Positions 54,201-63,092 of a DNA stretch of 64,000 bases are shown piece after piece. A program made the translations under genes and the position numbers. Position 1 is the first letter of the stretch. Each line of letters begins with the position of its first letter. This DNA is from Callorhinchus milii (lineage: Eukaryota), in contig NW_024704743.1 of assembly GCF_018977255.1 (NCBI RefSeq), forward strand, positions 78,742,001 through 78,806,000, given 5' to 3'. The notes below the pieces were generated by a model. The model was not told where the DNA came from. It was given only the letters and a program-made list of their open reading frames with translations, and ran no database searches.

Positions 54201-57200
54201 AACTTAATAAGTCATTAGGCCTCAGCTGGAGTATTGTGCCCAATTCTGGGCAGCACACTTTGGGAAGGATATCAAGGCCTTTGTGAAGGTGCAGAGGAGA
54301 TTTACTAATGATACCAGAAATGAGGGACTTTTGCTATGTGGAGAGACTGGAGAAGTTGGGATTGTTCTCCTTAGAGCAGAGAAGGTTAAGGGAAGATTTA
54401 ATAGATTAAAATTATGAGTGGTTTTGATAGAGTAGATGGGAAGAAATTGTTTCCACTGGCAGGTGGGTCGGTAAACAGGGGACATAGATTCAAGATAATT
54501 AGCAAAAGTACCAGAGGGGAAATGAGGAGATATTTTGTTTTACACAGAGAATTGTTATGGTCTGGAATGCACTGCCTGAAAGGATGGCGGAAACAGATTC
54601 AATAACTTTCAAAAGGAATTAGATAGGTACTTGAAGAGCAAAATTTGCAAGGATATGGGGAAAGAACAGGGGAGTGGGACTGATTTGGTAGCTCTTCCAA
54701 ACAGTTAGCACTGTGGGCTGAATGACCTCCTACTGTGTTGTAATATTTTACGATTCTATGCACTCTAATCCCAATTCCGTGCTCTTTTCTGGTCAACTTT
54801 ATATTGTTTCTCTTCAAATCTATAAACAGTTGACACTTAAGTCTGCAGAGGTCCTATATTGTGGAGTCCTGTAGCTCAGTGGTTAGAGCACTTGTCTTGC
54901 AAGCGTGAGACCTGGGTTTGATTCCCGGCAGGGCAAAACATTGGGTAAGTTTCCTTACTCCACATGCCTCCACACGTTTACCTAGCAGTAAGTAGGAACC
55001 TGGTTGTTAGTCGGTTGGCGGATCGCTTTTCTGGGGGTAATAACTCCTTCAAAAATGATAATAATAATAAATCGGTCACTCAACCCCCAACTGTTTGTGC
55101 GACACTGCTGTGCGCAATTGGCTGCTGCTTTTTGCCCACAAAATATACAGTCAATTCGCTTTACAGTATATTCTGTGAAGCGCTTTGCGACGTCTCAACA
55201 ACATGATAAGGCGCCATATCGCCACCATTTAGTCCGGCATTACCATTGACATTAAATTAAAAGTAAAGGCTTCACCGTTGATGTGATGTGAACCCCAAAT
55301 TCCCATTCACTGAGAATGTAAATACAAGTGAAAGCTTAGACAAGACGGGGTATATTAGAATGGAATTGTCATATCAGAGACCTTGACAGGCTGTATGATC
55401 AGCTGCTCACTAAACAAACTCTGGATCCGTTCTGTCAGTTAACGTTACCAAAAACGTCAGTAAATGTCAAAACCTCATTAAGAGCTTCCTGTCGTGCTTA
55501 GTGTTGCACAACCACCCATTTTCTTTCATTAATTTGTTGCATTGACCAACGTCACCAGAAAGATATCATCAGTTGTAGATTTTTTTATACTGCACATATT
55601 GTGTAATATTTGAACAGCAACACAGTGGTACAAAATAAAGGACCATCTAAAGGAAAATATTCACCAAACGTGTTAAATTAAAAAGGCTTCACTGAAACCA
55701 CCGAATATTACCTTGCTGTCAACACTTTTTTTGGAGGTTATGGTAAAATACTGAAGAAAAGCAGCAGTGGAGGGAGAGCTGGGAGGTTTACTCTGGCTGT
55801 TTGCTGATGGTGGGCCATCTGTTGACATTAACCCCTGTCCTGCATCTGGATTCCTTTTCAAACCAATATAGGTTGCAGCGTCCGTAGTCTCTGGGAATGA
55901 CAAAATGATTATACATCACACCGATCAGTGTTTTACTAATCATAGAATTATACAGCACAGAAGGAGGTCATTTGGCCTATCGTGTCTATGCCAACTCTTT
56001 GAAAAAAGCTATCCAAATCAATCCCACTCCCCTGTGCTCTCCCCATAGCCCTGCAAACTTGTCCTCCCCAAATAATTATCTACTTCTCTCTTAAAAGGTT
56101 GTTGTCGAATTGGCTTCGTGCCTTTCACACAATGCATTCCAGATCTGAACAACTCGCTGTGTGAAAAAAATTCTCCTCACCTCCCCTCTGTTTCTTTTAA
56201 CAACTATTTTAAATCGGTGTCCTCGGGTTACCGACCCACCCACCAGTGGAAATAGTTTCTCCTTGTTCACCCTATCGAATTCCCTCATAATTTTGAAAAC
56301 TTCTATTAAGTCTCCTCTTAACCTTCTTTGCTCCAAGGAGAATAATCCTAGCTTCTCCAGCCTCTCCTGATAACTGAAGTCCTTCATTCCTGATACCATC
56401 CTGGTAAATCTCCTTTGCACCCTCTCCAATGCCTTGACATTCTCCCTAAAGTGTGGTGCCCAGAACTGAACACAGTACTCTAGCTGAGGCCTAACCAGTG
56501 TTTTATAAAGGTTTATCATAACTTCCTGACTTTTATATTCTATGCCCTTATTTATAAAGCCTTGTATCCCGTATGTCTTTTTAACAGCTTTTTCTACCTG
56601 TCCTGCCACCTTCAAAGATTTACTTATATGAAACCACAGATCACAGCCGTGAAGTGACTGACCAATTTATATTTCATTTATTTCGGGGGAATTGTTCCCT
56701 AGGCCACCGGGAAAAACTCCCTTGTCTGTTCGAACAGGTAGGCAAGATCTTGATTTAATGTCTCATCCAAAAGATGGCACCTCCAACAATGCTGCACACC
56801 CCCAGCACTGCACTGAACCTAGATTGTGACCCCCAAGTTCTGACATGAGGCTTGAATCCACAACCTTCTAACGCAGGCAATAGTGCTACCAACTGAGCCA
56901 GCAAGCTGATAGCTATATGATGATGTGATGAATACATGATGACAACTATCCATGTTGCTAGGCAACAAGTAAAAGATAAATAGCATTCAAAGATTCATAG
57001 AATGTAAATGCAATAATCCTAATGCTTTTAATAACTTTGAAATATAATAATAATCTTTGCATTTGATAAAGCGCCTTATCACCTCTTCGAGACGTCTCAA
57101 AGCACTTCACAGAATATACTGGAAAATAAATCGACTGTATATTTTGTGGGCGAAATGCGGCAGCCAATTGCGCACAGTAGTGTCCCACAAACAGTAGTGG

Positions 57201-57748
57201 ACTGATCTCTCAAAGGATTCTCAAATTGATCTCTCAAATATCTCAAAAGGATTCACAGAGAATTGATGTCGTGCAGTTATTGTATATTTCACAAGCAAAT
57301 ATTCCAGTTAGTTTGCGCACCTTAAGGTCCCACAGTCAGCATTCACGTGAATGAACAATTTATATTCTCTTCAGATAGCGCCGTGGGATCTTTAACATCC
57401 AAACTGACAGACAGGATCTTGGTTTAATGCCTTATCCATTTAATGATGGAGGACTGTTGCATTGTTGGAGGTCCTTTGGATGGGATCTTAAATTGACGTT
57501 ATTCTGTCTGCTTGGTTAATGACACTTGTAACAATGTAGCACAAATAACGTGAGATTGTTGAGGAAATTAAATAATACGTAAGAGTGAGTAAATAACATT
57601 TAACCGAAGCTTCATCACCTAGTTCAGCAGCGGTTTTAAATGGTGTCCGAGTATGTCGAACACGTCGAGTTCTCACGTAGCTCGTCCACTTTGCTTCCGA
57701 ACTGTCTTCACTCTCTGGTTCAGAAAACGTAACCCCTTTCTGCAATTC
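27067..57748 (-). CDS. Multi-exon ankyrin-repeat TRP cation channel gene (TRPV/TRPA-related, probably TRPVL-like or orphan); 18 exons, ~795-807 aa, 5' end incomplete
   Basis: 18 exons with GT-AG ends join in phase without stops. The protein has ankyrin motifs ([32 protein letters not shown]), pre-S1 [12 protein letters not shown], six hydrophobic segments, WNLFDW, an S4-S5 linker ([16 protein letters not shown]) and S6 [12 protein letters not shown]. Confidence 0.92.
28365..28392 (+). repeat. (GTCT)n microsatellite
   Basis: gtctgtctgtctgtctgtctgtct. Confidence 0.9.
29701..29834 (-). CDS. TRP gene exon [19 protein letters not shown]...GQIHSQD
   Basis: cctgctcag acceptor, CT|gtaagt donor, phase 0 to 2. 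Confidence 0.82.
30135..30560 (+). mobile_element. CR1 LINE 3' fragment
   Basis: ctggagaaattggagctgttttccctagaacagagaaggttgagaggagacctgata ([19 protein letters not shown]). Confidence 0.85.
30829..31030 (-). CDS. TRP gene exon P (TRP-helix region): [22 protein letters not shown]...[10 protein letters not shown]
   Basis: gtacccag acceptor, AAG|gtaatg donor, phase 2 to 0. Confidence 0.92.
31606..31804 (-). CDS. TRP gene exon O (pore, S6): [30 protein letters not shown]...[14 protein letters not shown]
   Basis: ttctccag acceptor, AG|gtgtgt donor; S6 NLLIALL.DTF motif. Confidence 0.94.
32596..32714 (-). CDS. TRP gene exon N (S4-S5 linker, S5): [39 protein letters not shown]
   Basis: ggcgcag acceptor, G|gtaagt donor; LGP..MLGK...D..KF TRP motif. 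Confidence 0.93.
33290..33735 (-). mobile_element. L2 3' fragments (mixed orientation at the left end)
   Basis: Similar to the 3' end of 50524-51264, with extra tail pieces. Confidence 0.75.
34779..34946 (-). CDS. TRP gene exon M (S3-S4): [21 protein letters not shown]...[14 protein letters not shown]
   Basis: ttttactcag acceptor, AG|gtttgc donor, phase 2-2. Confidence 0.93.
36764..36834 (-). CDS. TRP gene exon [25 protein letters not shown]
   Basis: ttcctgctag acceptor, TG|gtaagc donor; YLRDFW-N motif typical before S3. Confidence 0.9.
37128..37420. mobile_element. Imperfect palindromic element (MITE-like)
   Basis: 37178-37225 aaatgctgtagttaaccagatgtacctgaggccaactctccagaattc pairs with the reverse complement of 37321-37368; the arms extend outward to ~100 bp. 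Confidence 0.7.
37544..37860 (+). mobile_element. SINE family A (short)
   Basis: GGAGTCCTATAGCTCAGTGG head to (TTA)n tail. Confidence 0.92.
38503..38885 (-). mobile_element. SINE family A (long variant)
   Basis: Contains the extra ggttcctacttact...aaatagagg segment. Confidence 0.88.
39022..39192 (-). CDS. TRP gene exon K (S2 + insert): [23 protein letters not shown]...[11 protein letters not shown]
   Basis: gttgcag acceptor, GAG|gtacag donor, 171 nt, phase 0-0. Confidence 0.92.
39735..40055 (+). mobile_element. SINE family A (long variant)
   Basis: cctctgtttactcagtaagtaggaac segment present. Confidence 0.88.
40976..41090 (-). CDS. TRP gene exon J (S1): [38 protein letters not shown]
   Basis: atttag acceptor after a 97-nt intron, GAG|gtaagt donor, hydrophobic helix. 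Confidence 0.92.
41188..41279 (-). CDS. TRP gene exon I (linker/pre-S1): [30 protein letters not shown]
   Basis: tgttgtag acceptor, AT|gtaagt donor; HP...KW pre-S1 motif of TRP channels. Confidence 0.93.
43267..43640 (-). mobile_element. SINE family A (long variant)
   Basis: Full head to tail with the internal extra segment. Confidence 0.9.
43740..44130 (-). mobile_element. Deu-domain SINE family B
   Basis: atagtgccatgggatctttaacatccatctgaac...tcatctgaaggacagcacttctgaca. Confidence 0.8.
44236..44264 (-). CDS. TRP gene exon H, 29-nt microexon: [10 protein letters not shown]
   Basis: ttccaaacag acceptor, TTT|gtaagt donor; converts phase 1 to the phase 0 needed by the next exon. Confidence 0.75.
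46141..46267 (-). CDS. TRP gene exon [31 protein letters not shown]([12 protein letters not shown])
   Basis: caacag acceptor; two phase-1 donors (exon end 46177, G|gtcaga, or 46141, G|gtagga). Confidence 0.85.
46680..46789 (-). CDS. TRP gene exon [38 protein letters not shown]
   Basis: tttgcag acceptor, GTT|gtaagt donor, phase 1 to 0. Confidence 0.9.
48022..48183 (-). CDS. TRP gene exon E (ankyrin): [54 protein letters not shown]
   Basis: tttag acceptor, G|gtaagg donor, two TPL motifs. Confidence 0.93.
49105..49378 (-). mobile_element. Deu-domain SINE family B fragment
   Basis: Core and tail similar to other family B copies. Confidence 0.72.
49406..49556 (-). CDS. TRP gene exon D (ankyrin): [50 protein letters not shown]
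   Basis: caacag acceptor, G|gtaaga donor, TPLH motif; not in the ORF track. Confidence 0.93.
50123..50342 (+). mobile_element. SINE family A, 3' half
   Basis: taataatccctcc...gctgtgcgcaattggct...tail. Confidence 0.88.
50524..51264 (-). mobile_element. 5'-truncated L2 LINE
   Basis: Clear similarity to 21151-22128 and to the reverse complement of 62385-63090. Confidence 0.92.
51853..51939 (-). CDS. TRP gene exon C (ankyrin): [29 protein letters not shown]
   Basis: tttttcag acceptor, GGG|gtaatt donor, 87 nt, ankyrin consensus. Confidence 0.9.
52215..52765 (-). mobile_element. CR1 LINE 3' fragment
   Basis: [20 protein letters not shown]. Confidence 0.85.
53630..54760 (+). mobile_element. CR1 LINE fragment (RT C-terminus to 3' end), frameshifted
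   Basis: [18 protein letters not shown]...[26 protein letters not shown]-like motif; ends in attctatg. Confidence 0.94.
54862..55220 (+). mobile_element. SINE family A (long variant)
   Basis: GGAGTCCTGTAGCTCAGTGG head; gtttacctagcagtaagtaggaacc segment. Confidence 0.9.
55712..55890 (-). CDS. TRP gene exon [17 protein letters not shown]...[18 protein letters not shown]
   Basis: ttcccag acceptor, AAG|gtaata donor, phase 1 to 0. Confidence 0.75.
55938..56632 (-). mobile_element. CR1 LINE 3' fragment
   Basis: [19 protein letters not shown]...[12 protein letters not shown]...[13 protein letters not shown]...TRGHRFK. Confidence 0.95.
56640..56900 (-). mobile_element. Deu-domain SINE family B fragment
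   Basis: tctcatccaaaagatggcacctccaaca core and tRNA-like head. Confidence 0.78.
56954..56966. promoter_or_regulatory. Candidate RFX X-box
   Basis: GTTGCTAGGCAAC, a near-perfect palindromic X-box outside obvious repeats. Confidence 0.4.
57045..57205 (-). mobile_element. SINE family A 3' fragment
   Basis: Tail plus gcagccaattgcgcacag core. Confidence 0.85.
57619..57748 (-). CDS. TRP gene exon A (most 5' exon found): [43 protein letters not shown]
   Basis: ttgtatttgcag acceptor and open frame. Donor CTAG|gtgatg (phase 1) fits the next exon; an alternative donor lies at 57605. Confidence 0.6.
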
Positions 57749-58902
57749 CTGCAAATACAATACAAATTTACATTTATATAGTGCACTTCACGTTGGGCGG
57801 ATGTCTCAAGGTGCTCTGCAATACTTGGCTTGGCACCTGAACAGGGGGTGGGAGCTTAGTGGGGTGGGGAGAGGAAAGATGACCAAAAACATAGGCAAAG
57901 AGGCAGAACTTGAAACAAACCTTAGCACTTAGACAGTGTTGCAGCTCGCATGTAGATGTGTACAACAGATATGAGGCTTGATTTATAACTAGGGCTTCTG
58001 TTTTTAGTGTTTTTCAGGGTTTATTTTTAGTAATTTTTGAGTTCTACATAGATTCCAAAACTTGTTTTTTGGGGGCTTTTGCTTAGCCCCCAAACAGAGG
58101 GAACTCCCACACAAGGGGAAGCAACAATCTCCTCCATTTGTGCAGGTGCTTCCTGCAAAGATGTGAGAGGAGAGAGGCACTGTGCATGTGTGAGGACACA
58201 TTAAATATAATTTTGATTAAGTTCAGGTTAATGGATGTGTGTTTGGAATCCCACAAATCCTTGCAGAACCTGGGGTAAAGTCCTATCACCGAATCCTGAA
58301 GATCATGGGGTCCTTTTTGGGGTTTTGTGTGTCAGCAGCTAAAGTATTGACAAGCTTCAAATTTTATTTTGAGGCTTGTACGTGGCTCGTGACTCTGGCT
58401 CCCCCCTCAGATAAAGGGGTCCAGATTATTTTGAGGGTGTCTTCAATATATCCTGGGCAGGCCGCTGTGACTTGATAACCAGCCAGACTTCATGCAATCT
58501 CCTACTGTGGTATGGGATGTTCCCTCAACTTAACTGATGGCCTCTCACCTCACTTGAAAAATTGGAAGACAGGGAGCCAATGGAGCCTGGTGAGGATTGC
58601 AGAGTTTGGTGTGGGTGAGAATGTGGGAGAGTCATGTATTTCCCCCATGGACTGGTCTACTGTCTTATTCCTCGTTGCTTCTGAGGTGGATCAACCACTT
58701 CATCCCAGCACTTCATTTTAACTGAAGAAATTTCTAGGTAACAGGATTTCACAACAGTCATTATACTGCAAAGATTATGCAATCTGTAAACGGCCCTTTC
58801 TTCTGTATTCCCAACCCCCCAAACAATCAAATCACCAAAATATGACTGATACCCATGGAATTGGAAAATGCATCACGCCCAAAATTAATCAGATCAACTG
58901 AC

Positions 58903-58903
<1 letters not shown>

Positions 58904-58934
<31 letters not shown>

Positions 58935-59239
58935 CCTTGCATTTGATATAGCGCTTTTCACGTCGGGAGGACGTCCCAAAGCGCTTCACAGAACACACTG
59001 TAAAGTGAATTGACTGGATATTTGTGGGCGAACGCGGCAGCCAATTGCGCACAGCAATGTCCCACAAACAGTCGTAGATTGAAAATGACCAATTTAATTA
59101 TTGTTTTTAGTTTTGGAGGGATTATTATTAGGCGTGTGGAGTAAGGAAACTTGCCCAAGGTTTTGCCCTGCCTGGAATTGAAGTCAGGTCTCTCACTTGC
59201 AAAGCGAGTGCTCTAACCACTGAGCTACAGGACTCCACA
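58904..59239 (-). mobile_element. SINE family A, short young subfamily, with target-site duplication
   Basis: Full length with a long pure (AAT)n tail; TGACTTAA at 58899-58906 and 59240-59247. Confidence 0.95.
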
Positions 59240-60162
59240 TGACTTAACAGTTGGCTACATTTCAGTTGACACACCTATTGGAAATGCTTGATATAACTTT
59301 TATATCTATGTTACAAAATGAGAACTAGTGTCATAAGCACCCAAATGAGACTTGAGGCCCAAAATATCATATCGTAAATGGCAGCAGGTCAGTGGGTGAG
59401 CAGTAGAGTTATCGAGGGGCACTCAAATCCCTCCACCCATGAGCCAGATGAGCCCAACCTCCCAATATTAAAAGAATGAACCTGTGTTAAACACAGGCAA
59501 GAATTGTTTGTTCATGGTGCACTGCACTAACCACAATACTAAGTGTAATATGCTTTGGAATCCATCTATATTTATCAACAACAGTACCTAATTGAAAAGA
59601 CAAAAAGCCATTATGTCTAACAATTATGTTGAAACACAAAACATGTTAGAGACGCCTACTCACAATTACAATGTTGGTTGATTAGGTCTACTCTATAATT
59701 GTTCAGCCTCCCTGTGCTGCATGCCTCAAAGCAAGCAGTCTTGTCCCAGTTGCCTACTGTTGACAATCCTCTATCACATGGAAAGTAATGTAGCAGACTT
59801 TGGGAGAGGCAATGAGAAAGTGCCTGCTAACTCAACATCTTGTGAGTGTTCATGTCACTCCAAATTAGCTTGGGCTGTGAGAGAGGAGTCGGAACCTTGG
59901 CCTTATAACAGCTCTGACCCAAGCCCCAGCCTCTTGGTCTGGGACTGATATATGCATATAAATCATCCTTACATTTTGTATATTGCTTTTCATTCCAGGA
60001 GGACATCACAAAGCATTTCACAAGATGTACTGTATAGTGCAGTGATGTGTTTTGTTGGTGAATGTGGCTGAAACTTTGTTTTTTTTGGTCAACTAGGTGC
60101 CTGACACATGTGGAAACCCATCACTATGCTTAAGAGTATCTAAAATTCCATACATCCCACCT

Positions 60163-60848
60163 AACAACAACAAAATTCCATTTATAAAGCGCCTTTCACG
60201 TCAGGAGGACGTCCCAAGGCGCTGCACAGTTGGGTCAGGACCCGAGCAGGGGGGGAGATGGTCAGGGTGAGGGGAGGGAAGGGAGGGAGCGAGGAGGGGG
60301 GAAATGGTCAGGGTGAGGGGAGGGAAGGGAGGGAGCGAGGAGGGGAAGAGAGTCGAGAGGGGAGCTGAAGGCTCGGTCAAAGAGAAAGGTTTTGAGACCG
60401 GCCTTGAAGGAGGAGAGGGAGGAAGCAAGGCGAAGGCACTGGGGGATAGAGTTCCAGAGCCTGGGGGCTGAGAGGCTGAAGGCCCGACCACTGATGGTAG
60501 GGCGATTGGGGCGGGGGATGTGGAGCAGACCGAAGCCGGAGGAACGGAGGGTACGGGCAGGTAGGTAGGGGGATAGTAGGTCAGAGAGGTAGGAGGGAGC
60601 AAGGCCGTGGATGGCCTTATAGGTGAGGATGAGGATCTTGAAATCAATCCTCTGGGGGATGGGGAGCCAGTGGAGGTGAGCGAGGGTGGGAGGGATGTGG
60701 TCCCGAAGCCTGGTGCGGGACAGTACACGAGCTGCAGAGTTCTGAATGACCTGCAGCTTGTGGAGGGAGGTGGCGGGAAGGCCGGCGAGGAGAGAGTTCC
60801 CGTAGTCCAGTCTTGAGGTGACAAAGGCGTGGACCAGGGTTTCAGTGC
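60163..60848 (-). mobile_element. Young 5'-truncated L2 LINE
   Basis: Open frame ETLVHAFVTSRLDYGNSLLAGLP...GRAFSLSAPRLWNSIP...FKAGLKTFLF; very similar to 21151-21890. Confidence 0.95.
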
Positions 60849-61734
60849 CTTCGCCGGTCTCACCTAAACATGGAAATTGCAGAGATATTTGTTGAAATGG
60901 AATGTGCACTCCCTCCCTCAAGGGTTGCATCCTACTTACCTAATTCCAGAGAGTATTAGGCGCAGGCTGGCAACAACAAGGCTTGATGACATCAGTGTGT
61001 GTGTTAGGGCACTGCTGGAGTCCAACCAGCTAAATTTGCATAGCTAGCCATTGAGAGCACTACCTGGCAAGCTTTCTCACTGCTTGTCCAGCTAGGACCA
61101 ACCTACCCCCCTTTGGCTTGCAGGTTAATGGGAGCTGAGTGGGAAGTCCCTGCTCCAGTGACTGGTCTACCTTTCGTCCTGCCGATGAGCCAGGCTCACT
61201 GTGCTGTAATCAGTAGTGCCCTGGAATACTGTGGACCTGCCTGGTTCAGTAACTGCACTACAGAGACTGTCATAGAGTGTGGGCTTGATTCTGTGGTGGT
61301 CTCGATAGCCCACTACCTGAGCCAGGATGGGTGTGGGGTGGGGGAAGGCATAAAACTGGAGGAAAAATGTCAAAATTAATCATGTAATTAATCATACATC
61401 CCTTCTATTATCGAATAGTGCCATGAGATCTTTAACTCCACCTGACCAGGCAGACAGGAGTAGAACCTTAATTCTCTCAGCCCCTAACCAGCGTGAATCA
61501 GAGCAGGAAGTATAAATGAGGCTTTCGGTTTTGAAACACATTGGCCAGGGACTGAGGGAATTATGTGTTTGTACTGTACTCCTGCAGCAAAATTGCTTGC
61601 ATTCACAGGCGTATAAACTAGCACAAAATGCATCTTCGACATGCCACAGATCTATCTTCTTGATTGCATTTTCTCTTTATCTTATGTGAGCATTGATCAC
61701 CATTGATTAAATACAAATGCCCTTTACAAACTTA

Positions 61735-62389
61735 TACAACAACAATTTGCATTTATATAGTTCCCTCCATGTAGGCTAACATCTCAGAGCGTTTTACAGG
61801 CATTGGGTTGGACACCAGGCAACGGAGAGTGAGGTGACCATAGGCCTACTCAATAGTAAGATTTGAGCTGAGAGTTATATACAGAACGGGGAGGGAGTTC
61901 CAGGTGGAGCAGAGAGCCAGTTTAATCAGTTGGGATTGTTGAGGAGGGACAGAAGGCAGAGATGGCAGCTGGAGAGGAGGAATATAGAGGGGGACGGGTG
62001 GGAAGCTGATGGGGCCATGCGGAGGAAGAGTGGACACTAGACCAGGGAAGGGTATGGGGAGGAGAGGAAGAAGGAGTAGACGAGGAAGAGGGAGGAGGCT
62101 TAAGATTAAGAATGGCAGCCAAAAGGTACACGCAGATGGTCCACTTCAAGATCCTCACGCTTATGTTCAAATCCCTTCACTCTCTGGCCCCTCCCTACTT
62201 CTCTGAACTCCCCAATCCACCACCCGGTGCCTCCGTTCAACTGGCACCGGCCTCCTGCTCATCCCTCACACCGTCTGCCCCACCATCGGAGGTTGCGCTT
62301 TCAACCACTACGCCCCGAAACTCTGGAACACTCTCCCTTAATCCCTCCACCTTGCCCCCTCTATATAAGTGTAAGTTGTTGTTGTTGTT
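61735..62389. mobile_element. Decayed L2 fragments in both orientations
   Basis: caacaacaatttgcatttatatag tail on the minus strand; HFKILTLMFKSLHSLAPPY and a (TTG)n tail on the plus strand. Confidence 0.7.
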
Positions 62390-63092
62390 CGACACTCAAC
62401 TATCCTTTCTACCCCACATCCGTACCATGATCTGCTTTGCCTTCCCTCTCCTCTGCAACATCACCCGGCTCTGCCACTGTCTTACACAGCAGGCCACGAA
62501 AGCCTCATCCACGCATTCATCACATCTAGGCTCGACTTTGCCAACTCCCTGCATATCGGCCTTCTCAACTCTTCCCTCCACAAGCTGCAGATCATCCCAG
62601 AACTCTGCGGCTTGTGTCCTCTCCCGCACCAGGATCCATAACCCCATCACTCCCACCCTCGCCTGGCTCCACTGGCTCCCCATTCCTCAGAGGATAGAGT
62701 TCAAAATCCTCGCCTTCAAGGCCCTCCACAGCCTTGCTCTTTACTACTTCTGTGACCTGCTGATCCCGTAGCAACCTGTCCACTCCCTCCGCTCAGCAGA
62801 CTCTGGCCTGCTCCAAGTACTCCGCCCGGCCTGCCCCATCATTGGCGGTCGGGCCTTCAGCCTCTCTGCCCCCACCTTTTGGAGCTCCATCTCACATTCC
62901 CTTCGCCTCGCTCTTTCCCTTGCCTCCTTCAAGGCACGTCTCAAAACCCTCCTCTTCAAAAGAACCTTTGGCCACCCTCCTACCCTCCCTGCCTTCCACC
63001 CTTCCCGATCCCAACCCCCTGCTCGGGTCCAAATCCCTGACAATCCAGCACCTTGGGACATCCTCCTGATGTGAAAGGCGCTTTACAAATGA
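62385..63092 (+). mobile_element. 5'-truncated L2 LINE
   Basis: FDTQLSFLPHIR...HITPTLAWLHWLP-like translation and tail hairpin. Confidence 0.92.

Noticed and set aside
56091..56615. 174-aa ORF
   Set aside because: CR1 ORF2 C-terminal fragment lacking the RT core.
27067..57748. Assigning the symbol TRPA1 or TRPV1-6
   Set aside because: Ankyrin count, filter, TRP box and S2-S3 insert do not match; orthology cannot be shown without a phylogeny.
59165..59236. tRNA-Ala(TGC)-like cloverleafs (also near 1014, 8000, 24160, 37544, 54862)
   Set aside because: Each is the head of a SINE followed by SINE body and tail, and each has stem mismatches; not tRNA genes.
60201..60930. Overlapping 220-aa and 222-aa ORFs
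   Set aside because: Alternative frames of a GC-rich L2 fragment.
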